DNA of 64,000 nt, taken from a virus. Below, piece after piece: positions 1 to 8,656 of the stretch; position 1 is the first letter of the stretch, and the number at the start of each line of letters is the position of its first letter. A program made the translations under genes and the position numbers. Where the stretch lies: positions 4,547 to 68,546 of IMG/VR virus record IMGVR_UViG_3300013117_000236. One strand, written 5' to 3'. The notes under the pieces were generated by a model, which worked only from the letters and a program-made list of their open reading frames with translations, had not been told where the DNA came from and did no database searches.

Positions 1-321
1 CCCAAACTTTGTCTTTTTTCAAGTGCCAAATAACTTTCTCAATCCTGTCTCTTGATTCAATAAGCAAATCCCTAAGAGTTGTATCTCCAATCTCCATAAT
101 GCTTTTTTCAAGATGTGATTTAACTACTGAAAGCCTGTTTTCAATTTCTTTCATACATCCCCCTTTTTATTTTTCATGCTTCTCCTTTTTAATCAACATC
201 CCAATCACTATCGCCTCTGGAATTTTCTTAACCACTTGTTTTGTTGTAATATCACAGCCGTCACATTCTCTCGGAAATTCAAAGGGTAAATCCGACAGTG
301 TTTTCCAGCACCAGTCACATT

Positions 322-663
322 TCATAACTCCCTCTCCCTCAAAGTTTTTATTCTATCCCTTAACTTCTTGGCGTATTTGAGCCAGGTTTTGAAACTGCCA
401 CTGTAAAATGACCCTTCGACGCTCATTTTTTGCCAATAAATGTGGCAACCATTTTCATAACAGTTCTTTTTTAGAGGGCAGTTTTCAGAGTCCGTAAGAA
501 CCTCACAAAGAGCGCAGGTCATACTATCCCAATATATTGGATTGGGAATTCTCCCCCCCTTTTCTGCCCACTCAACAAGTCTATTGTATTTATCCAAAGT
601 TATTTTTAGTGGTGTTTCTTTTTTTAACCTTCTCAACATTTCTGTTCTTGACATTAGTTTCAT
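322..663 (-). CDS. hypothetical Cys-containing early protein
   Basis: 113-aa ORF with CxxC and further Cys; same strand as neighbouring genes. Confidence 0.5.
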   Translation of the reverse strand: MKLMSRTEMLRRLKKETPLKITLDKYNRLVEWAEKGGRIPNPIYWDSMTCALCEVLTDSENCPLKKNCYENGCHIYWQKMSVEGSFYSGSFKTWLKYAKKLRDRIKTLREREL

Positions 664-978
664 GGTTTCACCCTTTCAAACAACTTTCTCTGACCATGTT
701 CTGGAAAGAAAGCTCTATAACCACACACTTTACAGATTGGTGCTTCTGGGTCATACCGCTTGTTTTTGCGACATCTTTCATGGCTTCTTAATTTTCCTTG
801 ACTCATCTTCCCCTCCCAACATGGCTGATAAACTCCACATTATAGTCGTTTATTTTAGGGATTCTATTACAAAGATAATAAGCGCATTCGTCTTTTATTT
901 CACCAACGAATTCCAAGTTATATTTATCCTCTAACCTATATGGGTCTTCTCCTTTCAGCCTAACTCTTATTAAGTTTT

Positions 979-1173
979 TCATTCTTTATCCCTCAATTTC
1001 TCACCGCAAAACGGGCAAATATCAAATAGTTTCTTTGGAAAGTCCCCATGTCTTCCGCAATGTTTCCTCCAGCTTTCTTCCACTTTAATTGTTTTGGACA
1101 TGAAAGGCACTTTTCCTGATTTCACATCATTTATTTCCTTTTTGGAAAACAATTTTATTTTCATATCAATCAC
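979..1173 (-). CDS. small zinc-ribbon protein
   Basis: CGRHG...CPFCG motifs. Confidence 0.5.
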   Translation of the reverse strand: MIDMKIKLFSKKEINDVKSGKVPFMSKTIKVEESWRKHCGRHGDFPKKLFDICPFCGEKLRDKE

Positions 1174-1337
1174 TTAACACATCCCAAATATTATTAGCCA
1201 CGAATGTATTAGTATGCCTGACGTTAATAGTGCCCACACGAATATTATCATCCATAACCATAATGGTATTTCTTTGACCATATTTAATCACTCAATTCTA
1301 TAAATCTGCACTTAGGTAATTTATATTTTTTTTCATA

Positions 1338-2954
1338 TTAATCACTCAATATAAAGTTCATTAGTTGTTTACGTAAGTCAAACGCAACTACTTTTTCAAA
1401 TAGGTCGCTTTTACCTTTCATAACATCAAATATATATGATTCTAACCCATCTGAAATTAAATTAATAACCATAACTTCTTTCTTCTGGTCTAATCTATAT
1501 ACTCTATCCATGCGCTGTTTTAATACTGCATGATTCCATGGGATGTCAAAGTTAATTACAACGTTTGCAAATGGCATATTAACACCATATGCATATGCAT
1601 CTGTAGCAACTAAATACTTATGTTTTTCTTTGAATGATTTAATTACTTCTTCTTTATTAGTATCACCAGTACCTAGTATCGCGGCATCTCCTAATTCAGC
1701 TCTAATTATCTTTGCCATCCTCTTGAATCGTGTAAATATAACTGTCTTACTACCATTAACTTCATTCAAGATGGAACGTAATTCCGTCATTTTCGCTGAT
1801 GATGATTTAATATTCTCTTTATTTATTCCTGCCAAACTTCTCGCGGTAGATAGTTTAATCAAGTCTGTAGAGTTTTCTACCATAGGTAATAGTACATACT
1901 CTGTAATAGTAGTTCCAGTTCCCTCTCTCTTTATTTTTTCTTTAAGAATATATCTTATTTTCTCTCCTAATGCCTTTTGTGATGGTGTCCTCTCTATAAT
2001 TCTATCATATATAATACGCTTTGGCATGTTAGTAACATCATCTCTCTTTCTTCTAATACCAATTCTCATAAGCTTGTTCATAAACACATCTACGTTCTTA
2101 TATCGGTTTAATGACTTGAAACCAAAATTACTTGTAAACACACAATAATCATTATAAAAATCATATTTAGTCATCCATTCGGGATGTATAATATTGGCGA
2201 TAGTGTATGCATCTATTAATTTGTTCTCTACTGGAGTCCCTGTCAAACCTAATATGTATCGGGGAATGAGTCTCTTTATTCGTTGAGTTCTCTTCGCTTT
2301 TGGATTCTTCACTTTACTCGCCTCATCTATAATAAATAACTGGTATCTCGTGAGCCTATAAATGTTTAAAAAGTCTGGTAATAGTTGTTCGTAATTGATA
2401 ATATAAACTTTCTTCTTTTCATTATATTGTTCTTTTCGTTGATATTGTTGCCCTTGTACTATAATTGTATTTTTTAATAGGTGGGGATAGAACTTCTTTA
2501 TTTCATCTTTCCATTGCCATTTAATTGATTGTGGACAACAAATTACAAAGTGGTCAATGTCTCCCTTTTTCAGACGATAGTCTGCAATAGCTAATGATTC
2601 TACTGTCTTACCTAATCCCATTTCGTCAGCGATAAGTAGGTTACCATTAATTATTGCTTTCGCGAAACATTCCCTCTGAAACTTCTTTAGAAATGGATAC
2701 ATTTGGTGTGATTCTTTTAATAAGAAATTATACATCTCTTGTTGGTCTCGAGTCATAGCTTGTAACTGCTGTTTTAAACCCTCTATATTAAAACCCCAAG
2801 TTTCTAATTTAGATATTGCATCCTCTGAAACAGGAACATACCAACTTTTGTCAATAGTGTCCCATCTATTGTTCTTAATTTGTCTAACTCGGTAAATTAT
2901 TTTCGGGTCATCTACTTTAATTTGGATGTTACCCCTATAAACTCTTGCTTTCAT
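1338..2954 (-). CDS. SNF2-family SF2 helicase/translocase
   Basis: LIADEMGLGKT (motif I), IIDEAS (II), LTGTPVEN (III), QRMDRVYRLDQ (VI). Confidence 0.93.
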   Translation of the reverse strand: MKARVYRGNIQIKVDDPKIIYRVRQIKNNRWDTIDKSWYVPVSEDAISKLETWGFNIEGLKQQLQAMTRDQQEMYNFLLKESHQMYPFLKKFQRECFAKAIINGNLLIADEMGLGKTVESLAIADYRLKKGDIDHFVICCPQSIKWQWKDEIKKFYPHLLKNTIIVQGQQYQRKEQYNEKKKVYIINYEQLLPDFLNIYRLTRYQLFIIDEASKVKNPKAKRTQRIKRLIPRYILGLTGTPVENKLIDAYTIANIIHPEWMTKYDFYNDYCVFTSNFGFKSLNRYKNVDVFMNKLMRIGIRRKRDDVTNMPKRIIYDRIIERTPSQKALGEKIRYILKEKIKREGTGTTITEYVLLPMVENSTDLIKLSTARSLAGINKENIKSSSAKMTELRSILNEVNGSKTVIFTRFKRMAKIIRAELGDAAILGTGDTNKEEVIKSFKEKHKYLVATDAYAYGVNMPFANVVINFDIPWNHAVLKQRMDRVYRLDQKKEVMVINLISDGLESYIFDVMKGKSDLFEKVVAFDLRKQLMNFILSD

Positions 2955-3160
2955 TTAAATCTCCTAACCACTTCATTATAGCAAATTATAGCAGAAATTT
3001 TACGCATGAAATCGCCGATACAATTAATAACAAACGATTCATTTTTCTGAGTGAGTTTACTCATAGAAATTGCAGAACTTAATGGATAAGCTTTTAATAA
3101 TATAGCATTAATAGCAAATTTCTTTAGTTTCTTAATTTTCATATTGACCGGCCGCAACAC
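2951..3160 (-). CDS. hypothetical protein
   Basis: ORF whose stop overlaps the helicase start; start uncertain. Confidence 0.35.
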   Translation of the reverse strand: MLRPVNMKIKKLKKFAINAILLKAYPLSSAISMSKLTQKNESFVINCIGDFMRKISAIICYNEVVRRFK

Positions 3161-3536
3161 ATTTCTAACTAACCTACTGAGGTGTAGGACTATGACAAGA
3201 TATGTGTGGTGTTACAACCTTTAGTCATCTTTCTTTACTAATCTTTTCGCGCGGTCTAATATACTTTGATTGTGTTTTTGTGCATCTTCCATACGCTCTA
3301 ATATTGAACATAATTTTAAATATATAATGAATCCTATAATGCAACTAATGATTATAATTACTGCTGGCACATTCATTAGCTCGCCTCCTCTTCTCTCAAA
3401 AGTTTATTCAAACACCTAAGATGTGCGCCATTCTTAACTTCGTACTTTGTTTTCCGTAGGAAATGACAAACAGGGCACATAGTTTGTTGTATGAAGTCTG
3501 CTTCCCGATACCAATTTGTCTTCTTTACATGTATTT

Positions 3537-3749
3537 CTAAAAGTCTTGTCGCTTTCTGAAGTACTGGGCTGGGACTATCCATTTCTCCACCTCCTCATCG
3601 TATATGTAAATAGTTTTTAATCTTGTAACTTTGCCCTGAATTTGTAGTTGGACTAATTCATTATATCTCTTAGGGTTCACTGCCTCTTCGTTACTACATT
3701 TAGAAGAACTTCTTCCTGCCCCTGTAACATATCTTACCTTCCTCAACAT
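3537..3749 (-). CDS. hypothetical protein
   Basis: ATG preceded by GGAG, TATA-like TTTATAAA near 3802-3809. Confidence 0.5.
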   Translation of the reverse strand: MLRKVRYVTGAGRSSSKCSNEEAVNPKRYNELVQLQIQGKVTRLKTIYIYDEEVEKWIVPAQYFRKRQDF

Positions 3750-3984
3750 TTCGTTCTCCTTAGTTCATTTCACTTTTTTGTTTTTATATTTAGATTGATT
3801 CTTTATAAAGCTTTAAACCGCGCGCCTGCAACATGTTAAATTTAACTTTAAATTAAAACCAGTAGCAAGCGAAACGACTAGTATCAATAAGAAATTTAAT
3901 GAAAATAAGCGATGCATTAGTGCGCATCGTAATCATAATCATCATCGATAGTTTAACCTCAGAAACTCTGACCCATAATATCTA

Positions 3985-4089
3985 ATTAGCGGGCTGCCCT
4001 CAGTTCGGTTGAGCTTGTGTTGAACTGTAATCTAAAGACAGGACCATAAGTGCTCATCTCTCAGGTGCCTGTTTAACCTTTCGCCTAAT
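3985..4089 (-). ncRNA. candidate structured RNA (multi-stem junction)
   Basis: Minus strand: ATTAGGCG/CGCTAAT closing stem, ACAGG..ACC/GGT.CCTGT and CAGTTC/GAACTG stems; GC-rich intergenic segment. Confidence 0.35.
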
Positions 4090-4100
4090 GATAATAAAGG

Positions 4101-4128
4101 AAATTGGGGCAATTTCGCTCCCCTAATT
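4101..4128 (-). terminator. hairpin downstream of the wHTH gene
   Basis: aattgggg...cccctaatt inverted repeat just past the stop codon at 4142. Confidence 0.45.
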
Positions 4129-4141
4129 AATGGGTCACATT

Positions 4142-4444
4142 TTACTCAGCTGCTTCTTCTTTTCCTGTGTTATTTTCTGTTCTAATGAAGTATGCGGTCT
4201 TGTCCACATATCTCCTGCCAACCTTTTTGTCGCGGTATAGGTTGTTCAGTGCCTGAGTTACTTTTGTCTTTGCGTTGCTGTCAGTTAGCCTTAGTACTTC
4301 AACAACAGCCACAACGTTCATACCTTCCTCTTCGGAAAGAGCGTTGAGGACACTACCACGGAAAGAAGGTCCGCCTTCAGGTCTCTTCTCTTCTCCTGCT
4401 TCGAACTCTTCCATAGAGATTGTATTTCTTGCTTCGTCTGCCAT
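4142..4444 (-). CDS. winged-helix DNA-binding protein (acidic paralogue)
   Basis: VTQALNNLYRDKKVGRRYVDKTAYF wHTH-like pattern; GGAGGTGA RBS; similar to 6555..6824. Confidence 0.6.
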   Translation of the reverse strand: MADEARNTISMEEFEAGEEKRPEGGPSFRGSVLNALSEEEGMNVVAVVEVLRLTDSNAKTKVTQALNNLYRDKKVGRRYVDKTAYFIRTENNTGKEEAAE

Positions 4445-4612
4445 ATTTATTCACCTCCTGTAAGGTTAATCGGGTGCAAAACTTTGTATTATGATAGTTA
4501 TATTTGTTTTAATAGTTTAAATATGTGTCGTTTTACGAAATGCTATTGCTTGTGCTCGGTTTTGAGTTTTGTTAGATTTTTGTCCCTTAAGAGGGGGGAA
4601 TCCTCTTAAAAC

Positions 4613-4858
4613 CTAATTCCCCTCTTTATCTGATTTCCTAAGGTCGTCTGCGGCATCGATGGCCCTCTCTTCATCTGATTGTTTACTAAATTCCTTAAAT
4701 TTCTCACTGGGGAATTCAGGCGATTCTACCTTATTTGGGCGATGTTCTTCACAGTAATATGTATATCCTGCACCAAGTGGGTCAGCTATTGCTACTACTG
4801 ACTCTTTGTTACACTCAATACACGTTCTACCAATCTTGCTATATTCCTTCTGTGACAT
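4613..4858 (-). CDS. small Zn-finger protein
   Basis: CIEC...YCEEH; GAGG RBS; hairpin downstream at 4587-4609. Confidence 0.55.
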   Translation of the reverse strand: MSQKEYSKIGRTCIECNKESVVAIADPLGAGYTYYCEEHRPNKVESPEFPSEKFKEFSKQSDEERAIDAADDLRKSDKEGN

Positions 4859-4923
4859 AATTCCTCCTTAACCCTAATTACTTTCATAATTAGGGCATCG
4901 GGAAAATCTAACAAACTCTTCCC

Positions 4924-5133
4924 CTATTTTTTAGGGGGTTTCTCCTCTTCTTCTTCTATGGGCATCGGTTTTTCTTTAGCATATGGGTCGTTTTTAATTG
5001 CTAATTCTAATGTCTTGAAGTTCTGTTTACTAATTGTTCCGTCTTCTATGATTTTCACTACTCCTGCGACCACGTCATCTTGTGATTTTGTTCTAAATCG
5101 CACCTTACATAATGGACACCAATTTCTTGCCAT
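4924..5133 (-). CDS. small Zn-finger protein
   Basis: WCPLC; GGAGGTGA RBS before MARN. Confidence 0.55.
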   Translation of the reverse strand: MARNWCPLCKVRFRTKSQDDVVAGVVKIIEDGTISKQNFKTLELAIKNDPYAKEKPMPIEEEEEKPPKK

Positions 5134-5299
5134 AGTTTTCACCTCCTAACAAATCTTTCCTAATTACAAAGGGCGCAGAATTAAGCTTTCCTCCATACTT
5201 TTAGTTCGGTCTCGATTTCTTTTATTTTCTCTTTGTGGTAATTTAGAGACCATTCGAGGTCCTTAATTTTCTTTGCTTTTAGTTCTTCTTCGTTCATAG

Positions 5300-5494
5300 T
5301 TAATCACCTCCTTGTTCGTAAGTTTGTCTTTTGCCCATCTCTTTCCAGAGTGTTCGAGCGCCACCAATTAAAGTCTCTAATATAAAACGCTCGGACAAAT
5401 CTAAAGAATGTGCTTGGTCGTCGTGGTCACGTAATTTATAAAGTTGCCCAAGGATTTTATCAAGCACTTCCTGATTAGCTTTTGGTCTGTTCAT
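5300..5494 (-). CDS. hypothetical protein
   Basis: GGAGG RBS; ATG start. Confidence 0.55.
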   Translation of the reverse strand: MNRPKANQEVLDKILGQLYKLRDHDDQAHSLDLSERFILETLIGGARTLWKEMGKRQTYEQGGD

Positions 5495-5731
5495 AACTTT
5501 CGCCTCCTTTTATATAAAACGACGTCCTCGGCATTCGCCACATAATACTAATTGGCCATACTCGAAGACAAGTTCGCTTCCACTACAATTCGTGCACACC
5601 ATAGTTTCACCATTGTATTATTGGGGAGTTGTTAGAATCTGTCCCCTCCTGCTCAGAATCATGCCAGTTCAGTTAGAACCAGTCATCGTCCGCCCTTGTG
5701 TTCAACCAAGGACATCATTTTCCTATTAATA

Positions 5732-5755
5732 ATTAACTTGATACTTTAAATACTT
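5732..5755 (-). promoter_or_regulatory. archaeal BRE/TATA early promoter (copy 1)
   Basis: Minus strand AAGTATTTAAAGTAT-AAGTTAAT; near-identical copy at 7762-7785. Confidence 0.6.
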
Positions 5756-5814
5756 ATCGTAGTAGTTAAACATATATTTTCTACTAACTAGGTTGTAGGA
5801 TAGTGCGGTAAAAT

Positions 5815-6182
5815 TTTAGCTTTTTACCTCTTAAAATGCACAAAACCAAGCACCTGCGCTAGTGTTGTTTAGTTTTTTAGTATTTTACGGCCTGTGGGTA
5901 AAAAATAGAATAAGAAAGTAAGAAAAAGAAAGAGAAAGAGAAAGTATATATATCGAGTGCATCGAAATAGGGGGGATATAATATATATTATAATAATGTG
6001 TTTATTCTTATACTTCACATACACCCCGGGCATGCATCACCCCTTCCACCTCCCCCGACACACTCGCCCATACTCTATCTATCTATTACTTATATATACC
6101 CAAAGGGGGTAAAATACTAAAAAACTAAAATGCAGAGCCTCTTGCGAGCGGTTTTGTGCATTTTAAGACTTAAAACGCTAAA
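5815..6182. repeat. large symmetric inverted-repeat element, candidate replication origin or packaging site
   Basis: Blocks 5815-20/6177-82, 5829-47/6150-68, 5868-88/6109-29 and 5895-900/6097-102 are exact reverse complements about one axis (5998.5); AT-rich centre. Confidence 0.75.
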
Positions 6183-6241
6183 ATACATCACGGGAAAAAG
6201 AGCGCGGGATTTTTGTGAAACATAATAAAATGGGCGCCAGA

Positions 6242-6338
6242 GTTTAGTGACAAAACTAATAATGGGCGGGCGAACGAGGGAGTGGGCGGCCGGGTTTAGT
6301 GACAAAACTAATCTATGGGCATTAGTGCAGGTACTAAT
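6242..6338. repeat. repeated palindromic operator-like motif TTAGT-N6-ACTAA
   Basis: GTTTAGTGACAAAACTAAT at 6242-6260 and 6294-6312, variant at 6321-6338, further copy at 7311-7329. Confidence 0.7.
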
Positions 6339-6554
6339 ACATGGGCGAATGTTTATATGGGCGGGGGGGTTGATACGGTGGGTGTGATGGGCTCACAGGT
6401 CCCCGTTATAACACAAATGAAAGAAAGAAGGGGGGCTTTCACCCCCTAAATTCTAAGCAAATTCTTTATTAAAGTAATCCACTTGTTTTCTAAGTTGACT
6501 ACTTCATAACCCCATATATACTCTTTTACTTTAGGTTTCATATATACCTCCTAT

Positions 6555-6824
6555 CTATATCATCAAACATATATCTCCTTTGAAATAATAGGGTATATCA
6601 TTATGATATAGCCTATTCAAGCGCTTATGTCTTACGAGATTGTTTAAAGCTCTCGTTACTTTCTTTTTATTTTTTTCGTTTGTTACTTTTAAAGTCTCTA
6701 TAACGTCCGTTTCTGTATATGGTGTTTTTTGTTTTATTGTTTGCTCAACAGCTCCCATAAAGGAGCTTCTTTTCTTTTTACCTTTTTTTATCAATTGCTC
6801 TAAACTAATTTTTGTTTTTGACAT
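6555..6824 (-). CDS. winged-helix DNA-binding protein (basic paralogue)
   Basis: VTRALNNLVRHKRLNRLYHNDIPYYF; aligns by eye to 4142..4444. Confidence 0.6.
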   Translation of the reverse strand: MSKTKISLEQLIKKGKKKRSSFMGAVEQTIKQKTPYTETDVIETLKVTNEKNKKKVTRALNNLVRHKRLNRLYHNDIPYYFKGDICLMI

Positions 6825-6877
6825 TTATATCACATAAGGTATATGTTTGATAATATATATCATAAAATATATCTCCT

Positions 6878-7075
6878 TTAACAGCCTACGAAAAACTCTA
6901 TAATCACTTTATTTGCGTATACGTTTAATATACGTATACAAATAGATTTGTTATACTTTTTAGATTGTAATTCACATTCGTTATATAATTCTTTCATTGA
7001 AACTTTGTTGTTAATCTCGTAAATGTTTGTGTTAATTCTTTTAAACTTTTTATTAGTTATTCTCATAGACATCAC
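6878..7075 (-). CDS. hypothetical protein
   Basis: 65-aa ORF; upstream sequence resembles that of 6555..6824. Confidence 0.45.
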   Translation of the reverse strand: MMSMRITNKKFKRINTNIYEINNKVSMKELYNECELQSKKYNKSICIRILNVYANKVIIEFFVGC

Positions 7076-7401
7076 ATAAAGTATATTTTACGATATATAT
7101 GTTAGTTGATGTTGCCTGCATCAAACGCATTCTTTTAACGCGCTCTCATTACTTTATATTATCCCGTAGTTCTTTAAATACGTTGCGGTCGGGTAGAGTA
7201 TATAAACGTTTCGTTCATCGAAAGTATATCTTCGAACACATATCTTCGAGTTTGAGTTTGAGTAGAGGGGAAGGGAACTCAACTCACACCCAATAGTAAG
7301 TATGAGTAGAGTTTAGTGCCAAAACTAATTCGTATATACTTTAATATATATATTAATATATATACCACACAATATACCCACTAAAACACATATATTCTAT
7401 C

Positions 7402-7487
7402 ATATACTTTAATATATATCATAATATCCTATATACTTTAATATATATCATAATATCCTATATACTTTAATATATATCATATATCCT
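7402..7487. repeat. 29-bp tandem repeat x3
   Basis: ATATACTTTAATATATATCATAATATCCT at 7402, 7431 and 7460 (last copy has a 1-nt deletion). Confidence 0.9.
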
Positions 7488-7521
7488 ATATTTTAAAAAA
7501 AAAAAATTATATTATATATAT

Positions 7522-7722
7522 TCAATCATATATTTCTAATATATAATATAATATATCAAATACATCTTCCCTTTTTTTATCATTCCAATTATCAACATTC
7601 ATTTCACTTTCATCACAATATTCAATAAATAATTCATATAACTTTTTTAAATCAATTTTCATATTTTTATTTTTCAATTTATTAAATATTTTTTTACATT
7701 CATTTTCCATTTCATTTTTCAT
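7522..7722 (-). CDS. 66-aa protein encoded by a C-free coding strand
   Basis: GGAGGTGA RBS at 7727-7734, TATA promoter upstream, T-run downstream; protein lacks Ala/Thr/Pro/Gln/His. Confidence 0.75.
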   Translation of the reverse strand: MKNEMENECKKIFNKLKNKNMKIDLKKLYELFIEYCDESEMNVDNWNDKKREDVFDILYYILEIYD

Positions 7723-7761
7723 TTTATCACCTCCTTATTATTATATTATTCTATATATATT

Positions 7762-7785
7762 ATTAACTTTATACTTTAAATACTT
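7762..7785 (-). promoter_or_regulatory. archaeal BRE/TATA early promoter (copy 2)
   Basis: AAGTATTTAAAGTAT about 50 nt upstream of the 7722 start codon. Confidence 0.6.
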
Positions 7786-8067
7786 TTATTCCTACTTAAA
7801 TATATATATTAAACTATATAAATAATTAATCATTAATATTTAAACACATATTTTCAAACACATATTTTCAAACATCGATTCTGAAACATAGGTAATAGAG
7901 TATATATATACTTACAACCGGTACCTCCCTCACGAATTGTGCAATCTGAAACACCTCGGTCACTTTCGGAACTTTCAATCTGTCACTCTGGGGATGTAAA
8001 AAATCAAACGCCCCGATGCACAGCCCATCACATACGTTTATAAAGTTTTAAATTAATTATAATAATA

Positions 8068-8192
8068 CTGACGACGCACAAAATCAGCTGATGGTAAAAA
8101 TTTCGCTACCACGATGGAGAAAAGCCGATACGCAAGTTGATAGGAACTCGGTAATACCCTGACGGACATCATTTGATGTGCACGGTTGTCAG
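8068..8192 (+). ncRNA. candidate structured RNA or leader
   Basis: 5' CTGACGAC-GCACA pairs with 3' TGTGC-ACG-GTTGTCAG; TTTATAAA TATA box at 8037-8044. Confidence 0.45.
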
Positions 8193-8202
8193 ATAGTGGA
8201 TT

Positions 8203-8424
8203 GTGGATATGGATAAGAACTTTGGTAAATACTTTTTAGTTGTTTATAGAGACGACGAACGAGTCGTCCACCGGAAGAAACTTATTCTAGAGAGTGCCGA
8301 TGATAAGTTCTTCTATTTTCATAATCCATACAAAGACATCACGGAAATACTACCCCGATTACCCGAAGTAATAGTACGGATGGAAGAATTAAGGGAGGAT
8401 AATAATGGAAAGAAAAAGCATTAA
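8203..8424 (+). CDS. hypothetical protein
   Basis: first ORF of the plus-strand arm; overlaps the next gene. Confidence 0.5.
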   Translation: MDMDKNFGKYFLVVYRDDERVVHRKKLILESADDKFFYFHNPYKDITEILPRLPEVIVRMEELREDNNGKKKH

Positions 8425-8647
8425 GTACGAAGTCATTTCTGAAGAAACACACAAGTTCGGCAAAAACAACTTTTTAGAAGTGGCACGAAAAACTGCTACG
8501 CCAGAAGGCGGCGAAACCAACAAGTTCATCAACATCGCACGTGGTTGGTTTGGGCCAGATGGTAACAAAAGGTACAAGAACACAGTAGCTATACCTGACG
8601 ACGCAGACGTAAAGAAGTTCATATCAGAACAGTTATTGAAAATATAA
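8405..8647 (+). CDS. small archaeal-type protein, possible PC4-like nucleic-acid-binding fold
   Basis: FGKNNFLEVARK...FINIARGWFGPDG...IPDD resembles a small conserved archaeal family (recalled, not searched); GGAGG RBS. Confidence 0.55.
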   Translation: MERKSIKYEVISEETHKFGKNNFLEVARKTATPEGGETNKFINIARGWFGPDGNKRYKNTVAIPDDADVKKFISEQLLKI

Positions 8648-8656
8648 TTTTTCCCT

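Noticed and set aside
1543-2148. Long antisense ORFs (also 17880..18365, 19908..20333, 42203..42589, 62705..63283)
   Set aside because: Shadows of well-supported genes on the opposite strand; no RBS or motifs.
6117-6305. 62-aa minus-strand ORF
   Set aside because: Runs through the inverted-repeat and operator region with a TTG start; likely spurious.
6242-6312. Two 19-bp GTTT-starting repeats 33 nt apart as a mini-CRISPR array
   Set aside because: Repeat too short, only two adjacent exact copies, intervening sequences share ATGGGC, and no cas operon; better explained as operator boxes.
8068-8192. Hammerhead ribozyme (CTGACGA) or tRNA
   Set aside because: No correctly placed stem II plus GAAA core, and no cloverleaf or T-loop consensus.
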